Part shown: positions 30,064-41,084 of the stretch, one piece after another
How positions within the stretch are numbered: the stretch's first letter is position 1
Layout: each line of letters starts with the position of its first letter
Assembly (NCBI GenBank): GCA_963775685.1
Contig: CAVZJV010000014.1
Span: 1,920,001-1,984,000, forward strand
DNA from: Candidatus Bathyarchaeota archaeon
Lineage (GTDB): Archaea; Thermoproteota; Bathyarchaeia; Bathyarchaeales; Bathycorpusculaceae
Reading direction: 5' to 3'
DNA length: 64,000 nucleotides
Position numbers and translations under genes: made by a program
Notes under the pieces: model-generated
The model's input: only the letters and a program-made list of their open reading frames with translations
Databases searched by the model: none
Told to the model about the DNA's origin: nothing

Positions 30064-30642
30064 ATGTCTGAACTTGGATTGGGAACGAAGATGTTGGTTA
30101 GGGACATTATGAGTAGCCCTGTCGTAACCATGGACGAGGATGAAACCACCAACAAAGCTGCCTCAAACATGGACATGCATGATTTAGGCGCCGTTATAGT
30201 CACCAATAAAGCAGGAAAATCAATAGGCATCATAACTGAACGAGACTTAGTTCTTAGGGTGATAGCTAAAAACCTCAAGCCAGATACTGTTAAAGCTAAA
30301 GAAATCATGACTACCCCTCTGGTTACCGTAGAACCTGAAGCAACAATAAGCGATGCTGCAAGACGAATGACAAGACTCGATATTAGAAGGCTCGTTGTGA
30401 TCTATAAAGGAAACCTTGTCGGCATAATCTCAAGCAAAGATATCTTAGGTGTAATGCCTGAGCTTATCGAGATAATGCAGGAACGTTCACGTATCGAAGG
30501 CGCAGCCCAAACCGAAGAAGTCGAGGAAGCTCCTCTTTCTGGATATTGCGACCGCTGCGATGAATATTCTGAAAGTCTAAAGGAACGTAACGGACAAAAC
30601 ATCTGTGATGAATGTCGCATCGAGTTTGAACAAGAAAAATAA
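30064..30642 (+). CDS. CBS-pair protein with C-terminal Zn ribbon
   Basis: Two CBS repeats (GIITERD, GIISSKD); GYCDRC...ICDEC. Confidence 0.9.
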   Translation: MSELGLGTKMLVRDIMSSPVVTMDEDETTNKAASNMDMHDLGAVIVTNKAGKSIGIITERDLVLRVIAKNLKPDTVKAKEIMTTPLVTVEPEATISDAARRMTRLDIRRLVVIYKGNLVGIISSKDILGVMPELIEIMQERSRIEGAAQTEEVEEAPLSGYCDRCDEYSESLKERNGQNICDECRIEFEQEK

Positions 30643-30724
30643 ACCATCTTCTCTTTCAATTAATTTATTCAAATAAACTTTAAATTGTCAAACTACCCGG
30701 TATTCATTGTATACGTGAGGCCCT

Positions 30725-32071
30725 TTGATTGTTGATTCTGTTTTCATAAACGCCAAAGCCTATCTCCACGAGCAAATTGTCGATTGCGGCATAGCTATCG
30801 AAGAAGGTAAGATCCAAAAAATTGGCAAAGAAACCCAAATGCCGAAAGCCGACCAAAGAACTGACTTGCATAATCTTTTGGTTTTGCCAGGGTTGATTGA
30901 TGAACATGTCCATTTGCGCGATGAAGGCAGGGCGTACAAGGAAGATTTTTCCTCAGGAACTGCCGCTGCCGCTGCGGGTGGCTTCTCCACGGTTTTGGAT
31001 ATGCCGAATAATGATCCCGTCACAATGAATGTTGAAACCCTGCGCAACCGCATGGGAATTGCCCAAAGAAAAATCCTCGTTAACGTGGGCTTCTACTCTG
31101 AGTTTCCCAAAAAACTGCCCGAAGTGCAGGATATCGTTGGTTTGGGCGCGATTGGGTTCAAGTTGTTTATGGGTTCCCAAGTTGGAGGCTTAAACGTTGA
31201 CAATGACCAAGCCTTGCAAGAAGGGTTCAAAGAGGTTGCCAAATCGAATGTACCCTTAGCGGTCCATGCTGAGGATAAAGTCTCACTGACGGCAAATGAG
31301 GAAAAACTAAAACAAGCCAAAAAAAATGGCGTCGCCGACTTTCTGAGGGCTCACACAGAAACGGTCGAGCAAAACGCAATCCAAAGGCTCCTAAACCTAA
31401 GCGAGCAAACTGAGGTGCGGCTGCATTTCTGCCATGTCACCAGCCAAGAAGGCTTAAACACAATCGCCCAAGCAAAAAAATTGGGCAGAAAAGTAACTTG
31501 CGAAGTTACCCCAAACCACCTATTGCTAACCATCGAAGATGTAAAGCGCCTTGGGCAAATGGCGATTATGGCACCCCCAGTGCGCAACAAAACTCACACC
31601 GATGCCTTATGGAAGGATTTAGAAGATAACACCGTAGACACGATAGGTTCCGACCATGCACCCCACACTGTAAGCGAGAAGTCAGAGGAGAACATCTGGG
31701 ACGTAAAAGTCGGCGTTCCCGGATTAGAAACTACATTGCCACTTATGATTACTCAGGTGAGGAAGAATCGGTTAACTTTAACAAAAGCAGTTCAATTGCT
31801 TGCCGAAAAACCAGCAGAAATTTATGGGCTTGCTGACCGTGGACGCTTGGAACAAGGGAAAAACGCAGACTTAACCGTGGTAGATTTTAATCGGCAATTC
31901 AAAATTGACGCTTCTAAATTCAAGTCCAAAGCCAAGTTTTCGCCCTACGATGGCTGGGTTGTTCATGGCAAAGTGGTAAAAACCATAGTGAACGGGCAAG
32001 TCGTCTTCGATGAAGGCGAAATTGTGGCTAAGGGCGGAAGCGGCTGGGTTGTTCGGAGAGGCAGCGGTTGA
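30725..32071 (+). CDS. pyrC: Dihydroorotase (type I, amidohydrolase family)
   Basis: PGLIDEHVHLR, DMPN, HAED, GSDHAPH, SKAKFSP. Confidence 0.88.
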   Translation: MIVDSVFINAKAYLHEQIVDCGIAIEEGKIQKIGKETQMPKADQRTDLHNLLVLPGLIDEHVHLRDEGRAYKEDFSSGTAAAAAGGFSTVLDMPNNDPVTMNVETLRNRMGIAQRKILVNVGFYSEFPKKLPEVQDIVGLGAIGFKLFMGSQVGGLNVDNDQALQEGFKEVAKSNVPLAVHAEDKVSLTANEEKLKQAKKNGVADFLRAHTETVEQNAIQRLLNLSEQTEVRLHFCHVTSQEGLNTIAQAKKLGRKVTCEVTPNHLLLTIEDVKRLGQMAIMAPPVRNKTHTDALWKDLEDNTVDTIGSDHAPHTVSEKSEENIWDVKVGVPGLETTLPLMITQVRKNRLTLTKAVQLLAEKPAEIYGLADRGRLEQGKNADLTVVDFNRQFKIDASKFKSKAKFSPYDGWVVHGKVVKTIVNGQVVFDEGEIVAKGGSGWVVRRGSG

Positions 32072-32541
32072 AGTTTCTTGCGGATGCGATGCTTGGGAAA
32101 CTGGCGCGTTGGCTGCGAATGTTGGGGCAAGATGTCTTGTACTCGGTGCAGTTTAAGGATTCTGAGCTTTTGGAGTTAGCAAAAAATGAAGACCGTGCTT
32201 TGTTAACGAAGGATTTGGAGCTCTATAAACGCGCTATCAGCAAGGGCATGGACGCTTACTATGTTGAAGGCAAAACAGAATCGGAGCGGCTTGCGGAAGT
32301 TGCCAAGCGGTATAATCTGCAGTTAATGATTGATATGGACAAGTCGCATTGCCCTCTATGCAACACCAAACTTCAAACCGCAACCAAAGAAGAACTCAAA
32401 AACAAATTAAAAGAAAACACCTACACCTACTACGACAAATTCTGGAAATGCCCAAACTGCGGACAAATCTACTGGCAAGGAGCCCACTGGAAACAAATCA
32501 CACAAACACTAACACAAGCACAACAAAAACTCGCCACCTAA
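32068..32541 (+). CDS. Mut7-C RNase (PIN-like) domain protein
   Basis: FLADAMLGKLARWLRMLG, CPLCN, CPNCGQIYWQGAH. Confidence 0.92.
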   Translation: MKFLADAMLGKLARWLRMLGQDVLYSVQFKDSELLELAKNEDRALLTKDLELYKRAISKGMDAYYVEGKTESERLAEVAKRYNLQLMIDMDKSHCPLCNTKLQTATKEELKNKLKENTYTYYDKFWKCPNCGQIYWQGAHWKQITQTLTQAQQKLAT

Positions 32542-32584
32542 CACATCCCCGTCGAACCTATCCCCCAACGGCTAAACAAGCTTA

Positions 32585-32902
32585 CTATTTTTTCCAGATT
32601 AGCTCCATGGGTTTTCCTTCAAACCATGTTTCAACTCGATTGACAAAGTCTGCAATATCTTTAACGCCGTAATCAACTGCTAATTCTACAACTGCATCGT
32701 CTTTCTTTTTCTTCTGCATTTCTTCAAAGGGATATTCGCTGATCCTTTTGAAAGTCCTGACACCCCTCCGACCACTTCCAAAAATTGCTCCAGAATTTAT
32801 ATGAGATAGCCATACCTCATCTGCATGTTTCTTCAGCAATAGGTTAGTATCTACTGTGAGGACGGTGTGTGATTTACCTCTGTAAGCTTGTGCGCCAAGC
32901 AC
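32585..32902 (-). pseudogene. Probable C-terminal fragment of a DUF7002/DarT-like protein
   Basis: AYR..HTVLTVDT..LSHINSG..RG..TF..YP..VVEL.V pattern; no N-terminal half upstream; family recalled from memory. Confidence 0.5.
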
Positions 32903-33098
32903 GCTGTTCTGCTACGCTTTCCACGAACCTATTAGGATCCTAATATCAGTTCTATGCTGAAACCTATAGGGGGCGGGGGGAGGCGTGGTGGAATAGTGCG
33001 TTTTTGCAGTTGGGCGGTGCGGAAAAAACTTTGAGGCGGTGCATTAGTGTGTTGGATTCAGAAGGACGAAAATTTGGTTAAAAGAAAAGGTATGGCGT

Positions 33099-33341
33099 TT
33101 AAGAGAGCCATTTTAGGGGTATATCTTGGAAGGTTCCATCTGGCAGGGTTCTTCGTATGGTGATTGGCAAGATTCCTGCGTCAAGCTCGCAGAGTGCGAT
33201 GTCAATTGGGTTTGTGTTTTCTGCTGCATCTACCAAGATTGGTGCTCCCATCGAGATTTGAAGCGCACGGGCGCCAACTATTCTTGCTTTCTCGAAGCGA
33301 GTAATTTTTGGGGGACCTACAATGATTTTTTGTTCTGACAT
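33099..33341 (-). CDS. rpoK: RNA polymerase subunit K (Rpo6)
   Basis: [28 protein letters not shown]. Confidence 0.96.
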   Translation of the reverse strand: MSEQKIIVGPPKITRFEKARIVGARALQISMGAPILVDAAENTNPIDIALCELDAGILPITIRRTLPDGTFQDIPLKWLS

Positions 33342-35018
33342 TTACATCATTCCGCCTGGCATTCCACCCATACCTCCCATGCCCATGCCGCCGCCTGGCA
33401 TGCCTCCTCCTGGAGGCATTGGAGGTGTCTTCATTTTAGCTGTGGCTATGACGTCGTCTATTTTAAGAATCATCGTTGCGGCTTCGTTTGCGGATTTGAT
33501 GATTTGTTTTTTGACTGCGAGAGGTTCGTAGACGTTTATTTTTGTCATGTCTTCGACTTTGCCTGCGAGAACATTGATGCCTGCCCATGTTTCTCCTTTT
33601 TCGTGTCGTGTTCGTAACTCTAATAATATGTCGATTGGGTCTAAACCTGCGTTTTCCGCAAGTGTGTTAGCTATTGACTCAAGGGATTCTGCGAATATTG
33701 TGATCGCAAGTTGCTCTCTTCCTTTCACGGTTTGAGCGTACTTTTTAAGAACACTTGCCATTTCAAGTTCTGGAGCGCTTCCTCCAGCAACTACCCTAGG
33801 GTCTTCAATTAAATCTTTAACGACGCAAAGTGCATCATGTATAGAGCGTTCGGCTTCCGCGGTCATTCTTTGAGTCCCACCCCTAATCAGAAGTGTAACG
33901 GACTTGGGGTTCTTGCAGCCTTCAACATAAGTCATCTTGTCATCGCCTGTTCTGCGTTCTTCAACTAAAGCTGCAAAACCAAGGTCCGAAGCGGTGAGTG
34001 CGTCTAAGTTGCTGAGTATTTTCCCGCCTGTGGCTCTTGCAAGTTTTTCCATGTCTGACTTCTTGGCTCTTCTAATAGCGATGACTCCTTTTCGAGCAAG
34101 AAAATGCTGCACCATGTCGTCGATGCCTTTCTGGCAAATAACTACATTTGCGCCTGAAGCTACGACCTTATCCACCATAGCTTTAAGCATGGCTTCTTCT
34201 TGGTTCAGAAACGCTTCAATCTGCTCTGGACTTTCAATGCTAATTTTTGCGTCCATTTCTGGTTTTTCATTTTCAAGTGATAGATCAAGCAACGCAATTT
34301 TCGCATTCTCAATTCGCTTAGGCATCCCTGAGTGAACAATTTCTTTGTCTAAAACTACTCCGTTGATTAAGCTGGTGGCCGCCAAAGATTCACCAGTTTT
34401 CTTCTCAACTTTCACATCGTCAACATCGGCTTTGTAATCACCGTTTTGTTTTTCGGCAACTGCTAACATTGCTTTAACTGCTAAGTCAGCTAAGTAATCT
34501 TTGTATTCGGCGACTATTTTGCTACCCATGGCTGTTGCTGCCGCCTTCTTGAGGTAATCTGGCGATTTCAAGTCAATAGGGATGGCTATTTTCTCAAGAG
34601 TTTCCAGTGCTTTGTCAGCTGCTTTTCGGTAGCCATCAATTATGATTGTTGGATGAATATTTTTGTCGATTAACTCTTCAGCTCTACTTAGAAGCTCGCC
34701 TGCAATTATGACTGCAGATGTTGTGCCATCGCCTGCTTCTTTGTCCTGTGTTTTGGCGACTTCAACTAGCATCTTAGCCGCTGGATGTTGAACATCCATT
34801 TCGTCAAGGATAGTTCGGCCATCGCTTGTAATTGTTACGTCTCCGAAGCTGTCAACGAGCATTTTATCCATGCCTTTTGGACCAAGTGAGCTTCGAACAC
34901 TTTCTGCAACAACTTTTGCAGCCATGATATTGCTGTGTTGTGCTTCTCTTCCACGGGACCTTTTTGAACCTTCTCTCATAACCATAACAGGTACTCCGCC
35001 AGCTTGTGATGATGACAA
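33342..35018 (-). CDS. ths: Thermosome (group II chaperonin) subunit
   Basis: [23 protein letters not shown]-terminal GGM repeats. Confidence 0.97.
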   Translation of the reverse strand: MSSSQAGGVPVMVMREGSKRSRGREAQHSNIMAAKVVAESVRSSLGPKGMDKMLVDSFGDVTITSDGRTILDEMDVQHPAAKMLVEVAKTQDKEAGDGTTSAVIIAGELLSRAEELIDKNIHPTIIIDGYRKAADKALETLEKIAIPIDLKSPDYLKKAAATAMGSKIVAEYKDYLADLAVKAMLAVAEKQNGDYKADVDDVKVEKKTGESLAATSLINGVVLDKEIVHSGMPKRIENAKIALLDLSLENEKPEMDAKISIESPEQIEAFLNQEEAMLKAMVDKVVASGANVVICQKGIDDMVQHFLARKGVIAIRRAKKSDMEKLARATGGKILSNLDALTASDLGFAALVEERRTGDDKMTYVEGCKNPKSVTLLIRGGTQRMTAEAERSIHDALCVVKDLIEDPRVVAGGSAPELEMASVLKKYAQTVKGREQLAITIFAESLESIANTLAENAGLDPIDILLELRTRHEKGETWAGINVLAGKVEDMTKINVYEPLAVKKQIIKSANEAATMILKIDDVIATAKMKTPPMPPGGGMPGGGMGMGGMGGMPGGMM

Positions 35019-35170
35019 ATCAAATAACCTCCAATAATGCGAACAACAACAAAACGCTACTGTCCATATAAGTTTTTCTAGTCAAGGCATGATGAACAAA
35101 GCCACGAGGTAACAACTTTTGCATCATTAACCATTTTTTTAGGCTATTTGGTGTTTCATTTTTGCCAGAG

Positions 35171-35674
35171 CTAATAAACTGAAACTTTAGCTACTCCAGA
35201 AATCTTTAGCAGTTCTGGGATGAGTTCGCCAGGGATTTTTTTCTCCACGATCAGTGTAAGTTTAGGTTCGGGGGAGAGTTCCGGGTCATCCACGATTGCT
35301 TGTCGTACGCTTAAACCTGCCTTGTTGAGAAGCATGGCGGCATTAGAGAGGATTCCCGGTGACCTCGCGTTTATCGGGGTTATTTCTAAGACGCCCAGGT
35401 TGAGATGTTTGGCGATTTCTTTTAGGGAGTGTCCTGCGGGGCGGATTTCTTCAAAAATCATGCATAGTTCGGGGTTTTCTTTGATGGTTTTTAAGGTTTC
35501 GTTGACTGTTCGTCTGTCGACGCCTGCGACTCTGGCTATACGTACGGGTGGGATTTCAATTTGGTTTAGGTATATTTTGTCGTCCTTGGCGGATAGGCCG
35601 TTTTCTATGAGGACGCGTGCTACTTTTAGGCGTTCGGGGTATTGTTCGAGTTGGGTTTTGATTTTGTTCCACAT
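35171..35674 (-). CDS. trpY: TrpY-like HTH+ACT amino-acid-sensing regulator (COG2150)
   Basis: MWNKIK..YPERLKVAR, IARVAGVDRRTV, PGILS, RQAIVDDPEL; divergent from trpB2. Confidence 0.8.
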   Translation of the reverse strand: MWNKIKTQLEQYPERLKVARVLIENGLSAKDDKIYLNQIEIPPVRIARVAGVDRRTVNETLKTIKENPELCMIFEEIRPAGHSLKEIAKHLNLGVLEITPINARSPGILSNAAMLLNKAGLSVRQAIVDDPELSPEPKLTLIVEKKIPGELIPELLKISGVAKVSVY

Positions 35675-35720
35675 TTTAGGTCGCTTGTGTGTATTTCTGT
35701 TCATTTGAGTATAAATGTGT

Positions 35721-35746
35721 TGTTCATAAGTGCACATAAATGTACA
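35721..35746. promoter_or_regulatory. Three TRP-box-like hexamers TGTTCA-N4-TGCACA-N4-TGTACA
   Basis: Seen directly; TGTACA is the TrpY box consensus in Methanothermobacter thermautotrophicus. Confidence 0.7.
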
Positions 35747-35805
35747 CAAAAGCCTTAAATAAAACTTTAAAGTTGGGTTTAAAACCCAAGATAGAAGGCG
35801 AAAAA

Positions 35806-37218
35806 ATGCCGGACAGAAAAATCCTACTGAAAGAAAACGACATACCCAAACAGTGGTATAACATCGTGCCCGACCTGCCCCATCCGATTCCACCATTCAT
35901 TGATGTGGAAACAAAACAGCCAGGCGTCGGCATAGTCCCACGAATTTTCCCTAAAGAAATCATCGGCCAAGAAATTAGCCAAGAAAGATGGATAAACATC
36001 CCCGATGAAGTGCGGGAAGTCTACAAAATCTGGAGACCAACCCCGCTTTTCAGAGCACTAGGCTTAGAAAAAGCTCTCAAAACACCCGCAAAAATCTACT
36101 ACAAGTACGAAGGCGTCAGCCCGGCAGGAAGCCACAAACCCAACACCGCTGTGCCTCAAGCATTCTACAACATGAAAGAAGGCACCAAACGCCTATCCAC
36201 AGAAACAGGCGCAGGCCAATGGGGCTCCGCACTCGCGTTTGCAGCCAACATGTTTGGTCTTAAAGCCACAGTTTACATGGTCCGCGCAAGCTACGATCAA
36301 AAACCATACCGCAGAATGATGATGAACGCTTTCGGCGCCGAATGCATCGCCAGCCCAAGCAACCGAACTGAAGCAGGAAAAAAGATCCTCGCCGAAGACC
36401 CAAACAACAAGGGCAGCTTAGGTATAGCCATCAGCGAAGCCGTCGAGGACGCACTCGTTAACGAAGTTGAAACCAACTATGCAATCGGCAGCGTCTTCAA
36501 CCATGTGTGCTTACACCAAACCGTTGAAGGCTTAGAAGCCAAAAAACAACTCGAAATGGTAGACGACTACCCCGACGTAATTTACGGTTGCATCGGAGGC
36601 GGTAGCAGTTACTCAGGAATAATGTGGCCCTTCTACTATGACCAAGTCGCAAAGAAGGCACCTAAAGAAACGAAGTTCATAGCCACAGAAGCCACAGCGT
36701 GCCCAAAAGTAACCAAAGGAATTTACCAATACGACCACGGCGACACGGCAAAAATCACCCCACTGGTCCCCATGCACACCTTAGGACATGACTTTATACC
36801 TGCGCCAATCCACGCAGGCGGACTCCGCTACCACGGCATAGCCCCAACCATCAGCGTACTCGTCCAAGAGAAGAAGATGACAACCGAAGCCTACAGCCAA
36901 ATAGAGGTCTTCGACGCCGCCAAACTGTTCCTACAAACCGAAGGCATCATCCCAGCACCCGAACCCTCACACGCAATCAAAGGCGCCATAGACGAAGCAC
37001 TCAGATGCAAACAAACCGGCGAAGCAAAAACCATCCTGTTTGTGCTTTGCGGTCACGGCTTCTTTGACATGGCAGCCTACGACGAATACTTCAGCGGCAG
37101 GCTCCAACCCTACGAGTACCCAACAGAGAAAGTCGCCGAGTCAATGGATAAACTACACAGACTCTATCCATGGCTAAACGAAGTCAACAAAAAATACATC
37201 AGCTGCGAAACATACTAA
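35806..37218 (+). CDS. trpB2: Tryptophan synthase beta chain 2 (TrpB2)
   Basis: [38 protein letters not shown]. Confidence 0.95.
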   Translation: MPDRKILLKENDIPKQWYNIVPDLPHPIPPFIDVETKQPGVGIVPRIFPKEIIGQEISQERWINIPDEVREVYKIWRPTPLFRALGLEKALKTPAKIYYKYEGVSPAGSHKPNTAVPQAFYNMKEGTKRLSTETGAGQWGSALAFAANMFGLKATVYMVRASYDQKPYRRMMMNAFGAECIASPSNRTEAGKKILAEDPNNKGSLGIAISEAVEDALVNEVETNYAIGSVFNHVCLHQTVEGLEAKKQLEMVDDYPDVIYGCIGGGSSYSGIMWPFYYDQVAKKAPKETKFIATEATACPKVTKGIYQYDHGDTAKITPLVPMHTLGHDFIPAPIHAGGLRYHGIAPTISVLVQEKKMTTEAYSQIEVFDAAKLFLQTEGIIPAPEPSHAIKGAIDEALRCKQTGEAKTILFVLCGHGFFDMAAYDEYFSGRLQPYEYPTEKVAESMDKLHRLYPWLNEVNKKYISCETY

Positions 37219-37278
37219 ACTTCGCAGATTAGCTTCTTTTTTATTCTTCTTTTTATTAATCTTCAAACACTATTACGT

Positions 37279-38428
37279 ATGGTTACTCATTTGACCGCCC
37301 CATCTAATGCACTTCCAACAAAAATCATTGGATTTATTGTTAACCCAGTTGCAGGTATGGGTGGAGCCGTTGGATTAAAAGGCACAGACGGAAAAGCAAT
37401 CCTGAACCAAGCTCTCGCGTTAGGTGCTAAACCCATGGCGACTGAGCGGGCAGAAACCTTCCTCACCCAACTAAGCCAAGCCAAAGAAAAACTAAAATTG
37501 ATTGTTGGCGCAGGGAGCATGGGCGAGATGCAGGCTGAAAAATGCGGTTTCAACTTCAAGGTTTTTGGCGAGAATAAGAAGGATACAACTTCAGAAGATA
37601 CCCAACGCATTGCCCAAAGCATTGTTGAGGCAGGGGTGGAGTTGCTAATTTTCTGTGGCGGAGACGGAACAACCACGAGATATCCTCAATGCTGTTGATA
37701 TGAGGGTCCCCGTTCTTGGCGTTCCCACAGGTGTTAAGATGCACAGTGCCATATTCGCTATTAGCCCTCAAGCCGCTGCCCGGGTAGCTATTGGATTTTT
37801 GTGGGGTGGTTTGTCCCTTCGGGAAGCGGAGGTTATGGATGTGGATGAACAGGCGTTTAGGCAGGGGCATGTGTCGGCTGAGCTCTATGGATACCTGCTT
37901 AGTCCCTTTGAGCCGCATCTTATTCAGGGCAACAAGATGGCAAGCCCTATGACTGAAGACGAAGTGGAAAATCAAGCCGCCATTGCCATCTACATAATCG
38001 AAGAAATGAGGCCAGATATACTCTACATTGTTGGTCCAGGAACGACCACACGAACAATCGGCGACCTCTTGGACCAGAAAAAAACGCTCCTTGGCGTAGA
38101 CCTCTTCCAGAACAAAAAAATTGTTGCCAAAGACATAAGCGAAAAACAAATCCTCCAAGCCATAGAAAGAAAAGCTGCAAGGATTATTGTGACACCTATT
38201 GGAGGACAAGGCTTCATTTTTGGTCGGGGCAACCAGCAAATAAGCAGCAAAGTCATCCGTCAAATTGGTTTAGATAACATTGTTGTAATTGCAACTAAAA
38301 GCAAGCTGGATAGACTTAGTAGTTTGAGAGTTGACACCGGCGACGTTGAACTTGACGATGAGTTTAAGGCACATGGCATCAGAGTTGTGACTGATTACAA
38401 AAACACAAAAGAAATCCCTATAGAATAG
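37279..38428 (+). CDS. ATP-NAD kinase family protein (COG3199), one +1 frameshift at ~37675
   Basis: VNPVAGMGGAVGLKGTDG, GGDGTT|RDI, GVKMHS, GPGTT, GRGNQQ. Confidence 0.85.
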
Positions 38429-38432
38429 GTGG

Positions 38433-38819
38433 CTATTTCCACTCCCAGATTTTGCCTTTCCAGTTTCCTGTCTCGTCGGTCTCGTATTCATGTACCGCAA
38501 CTACTTTGATAAGGCGAATTAGTTTCGGTGATTCTGTTGTTTGGATTGATGCAGCTCTGGTTACGCCGCCTTTTTCTGACTGCCAGCTAACTGCGTTCCC
38601 CTTCATCATCACTGCACTGCCATCCATGGTTGTGATTAAACTGTTAACTTCGCCCATGAAGGTGCCGTTTGCCACTTTTACTGTTGCTGTAGACATGATG
38701 AATGCGTCCATGCCTAAAAGCTTGCCCAGTCCTTGATTGGATGTTTCAATATTTCCATCGGAAAGCACTCTGGTCACAGTGTTTTTTCCTGTGAATTCGC
38801 CGATTAATTCTCCTAACAT
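38433..38819 (-). CDS. Hypothetical protein (beta-rich)
   Basis: 128-aa ORF with GAGG RBS upstream, ends IWEWK. Confidence 0.7.
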   Translation of the reverse strand: MLGELIGEFTGKNTVTRVLSDGNIETSNQGLGKLLGMDAFIMSTATVKVANGTFMGEVNSLITTMDGSAVMMKGNAVSWQSEKGGVTRAASIQTTESPKLIRLIKVVAVHEYETDETGNWKGKIWEWK

Positions 38820-38953
38820 CAGATTTACCTCTGAAAAGCAAATAGTGAACGAGTTTTAATTAGCCTATGTGACTGTTCACAAGAAGCCACAACAGGAATA
38901 ATTTTGAGTAAATTAAAATTACTCAATACACTTTATCTTAACGGCGTGAGATC

Positions 38954-40057
38954 GTGATTTACATTAACTTGCCCAAAATCGGAGAAGAAGAAATCCAAGC
39001 CGTAACAAAAGTTATGAGAAGCGGTATGTTGACAAGCGGACTTGGAATGGGTCCTGCCGTAACAGAGTTCGAAGAAGGGTTTGCTAAAATGGCCGGCGCT
39101 AAGTACGCCGTTGCTGTTAACACTGGAACTGCTTCATTGCATGCTGCTGTAATGGCTGTTGGAGTTAAGCAGGGAGACGAGGTTATTTTGCCAAGTTTCA
39201 CTTTTGTAGCCACTGCTGAAGCCGTCGCTTTGGCTGGAGCAAAACCGGTTTTTGCTGATATTGATCCAAAAACTTACAATTTAGCGCCCTTAGCGGTTGA
39301 AAAAGCGTTGTCCAAAAAAACCAAAGCAATTTTGCCGGTTGATTTATATGGTTTTTCCGCCGACATGAAACCGCTGCGAGAAATTGCTGACAAAAATGGT
39401 TTGGGTTTGGTGGAAGATGCAGCTCAGGCTCACGGAACAACCTATGGGGGAAAGCCTGCGGGAGCCTTTGCAGATGCTGCTTGCTGGAGCATGTATGCGA
39501 GCAAGAACATAATGACGGGTGAAGGTGGTGTCGTAACGACTAATAACGACCAAATCGCAGAAACCCTCCGCATGATTAGAACACATGGCGAAAAAGCTAA
39601 GTACTCTTCGCTGATTCTTGGGACCAATTACCGAATGTCTGAGATGCAAGCCGCAATAGGCAAAGTGCAACTGGAGAGGTTAACTGATTTTGTGGCTAAA
39701 CGACGCCAAAACGCCCAGCACCTAACTAAGCTTTTGGAGAAAAACGACAAACTTGTGTTGCCCTACGAAACAAAAGACCGCCAACACAGCTGGTATCTCT
39801 ACACTGCACGCCTAAAAGAAGGCACAGAAACCCAACGCAACAATCTTCTGCAGAAACTCAAAAACCAAGGCATCGGAGCTGAAGCCTATTATACAAATCC
39901 GGTTCATCAGATGCCTTTCTACCGAGAAAACTTTGGAAGCGCCAAACTCCCAGAAACTGAGCAAGCGTCAAAGCAAGTGTTCTCTTTGCCTATTCATCCA
40001 GGAGTCACCGAGGAACAGATAGATTTCATTGGCAAGAGTGTGCGCAGCCTTCTCTAA
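38954..40057 (+). CDS. DegT/DnrJ/EryC1/StrS sugar aminotransferase
   Basis: NTGTASL, PSFTFVAT, EDAAQAHG, SMYASKN, NYRMSE. Confidence 0.93.
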   Translation: MIYINLPKIGEEEIQAVTKVMRSGMLTSGLGMGPAVTEFEEGFAKMAGAKYAVAVNTGTASLHAAVMAVGVKQGDEVILPSFTFVATAEAVALAGAKPVFADIDPKTYNLAPLAVEKALSKKTKAILPVDLYGFSADMKPLREIADKNGLGLVEDAAQAHGTTYGGKPAGAFADAACWSMYASKNIMTGEGGVVTTNNDQIAETLRMIRTHGEKAKYSSLILGTNYRMSEMQAAIGKVQLERLTDFVAKRRQNAQHLTKLLEKNDKLVLPYETKDRQHSWYLYTARLKEGTETQRNNLLQKLKNQGIGAEAYYTNPVHQMPFYRENFGSAKLPETEQASKQVFSLPIHPGVTEEQIDFIGKSVRSLL

Positions 40058-40161
40058 TTGTTTTGATTTTGTCGGGTAAATGTAAGAGTTAAATTCCCCT
40101 TTCACATACTATAACATCGGATTTGCAAGAATTACTGGTTTTATTCAAGAGGTATGAATAT

Positions 40162-40548
40162 TTGAGTAATGACGAAGGCGTTTCCCGAATAAAGATCAAA
40201 TTTATAGTGGAAGGACTAGGTGAAGCTGAAGGCGAACTCGTTAGGTTCCTTGCGCCAAGAACAATAGACACGATAGTCCGCAAGCTTCCTCTTGAGGGTC
40301 GAGCCGCCATCTGGAAAGAAGAAGTTTACTTTGAAGTACCACTAAAGATGGGCGAGGAAAAAGCCAAGCCAAATGTAGAGGAGGGCACCATTGCTTTTTG
40401 GCCCATGGGCAGCGCCCTATGCGTATTCTACGGCAAATCTCAACCCTACAGCCCGGTTAGCATACTGGGAAAAATAACAAGCAACTTAGACATCTTTAAG
40501 CATGTTAAAAGCGGAATAACCCTCAAAGTTCAGTTGCTAACTGCCTAA
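40162..40548 (+). CDS. Cyclophilin-like fold protein (DUF369-like)
   Basis: APRT, WKEEVYF, GTIAFWPMGSALCVFYG; start uncertain (40123 or 40162). Confidence 0.8.
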   Translation: MSNDEGVSRIKIKFIVEGLGEAEGELVRFLAPRTIDTIVRKLPLEGRAAIWKEEVYFEVPLKMGEEKAKPNVEEGTIAFWPMGSALCVFYGKSQPYSPVSILGKITSNLDIFKHVKSGITLKVQLLTA

Positions 40549-41036
40549 TTAAATGCAAGTGAGCTATCTTTCCACATTTCAAGAAGCCGCTCACACTCTT
40601 GTTTCACAACTTTATCATCAGTTTTATCTCTGAGCGTCTCTAAAAACTCAATGCGTTTTGCAACTGAACGTTTTTCTGCGTTCCCCCCGTAGTATAGCTT
40701 GCCTTCCAGGTACTCTTTCATATGGTGAGCTTTTTGGATAAACAGGCTGGCGGCATCTACATGATTCTGTACGGCGAATTTGCCTGCCCAGATGGCGACT
40801 TCCGATTCGCGCAACTGGGTTATTCCGTCAATTTCCACAATTTTTCGAATGTACGATTGTAAGAAGTCATAATATCCTGCGGTTTTGACTATTTCAAGGG
40901 CCTGGTTGACCTGTTTCTTAAAATCAAATGATCCTTCGACAGTTAATTCATGTTTGTAGCCTTGGTCAACTAGCGCTTTAGCACTTTTTACTTCTTCGGT
41001 AGTATAAACCCTGTCTGGAAAATTCATAAAAAACAC
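40545..41036 (-). CDS. Hypothetical protein
   Basis: 163-aa ORF directly downstream of rps25e. Confidence 0.7.
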   Translation of the reverse strand: MFFMNFPDRVYTTEEVKSAKALVDQGYKHELTVEGSFDFKKQVNQALEIVKTAGYYDFLQSYIRKIVEIDGITQLRESEVAIWAGKFAVQNHVDAASLFIQKAHHMKEYLEGKLYYGGNAEKRSVAKRIEFLETLRDKTDDKVVKQECERLLEMWKDSSLAFN

Positions 41037-41084
41037 ACTCCCATATGGAGAAAATACTTTTTAAATAAAGGTAAACTTGTGCAG

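Noticed and set aside
33345-33425. Low-complexity GC-rich repeat
   Set aside because: Ordinary GGM/PGG tail of the chaperonin
40545-41036. Zincin protease (QKAHH resembling HExxH)
   Set aside because: The canonical His and Glu are absent; left as hypothetical
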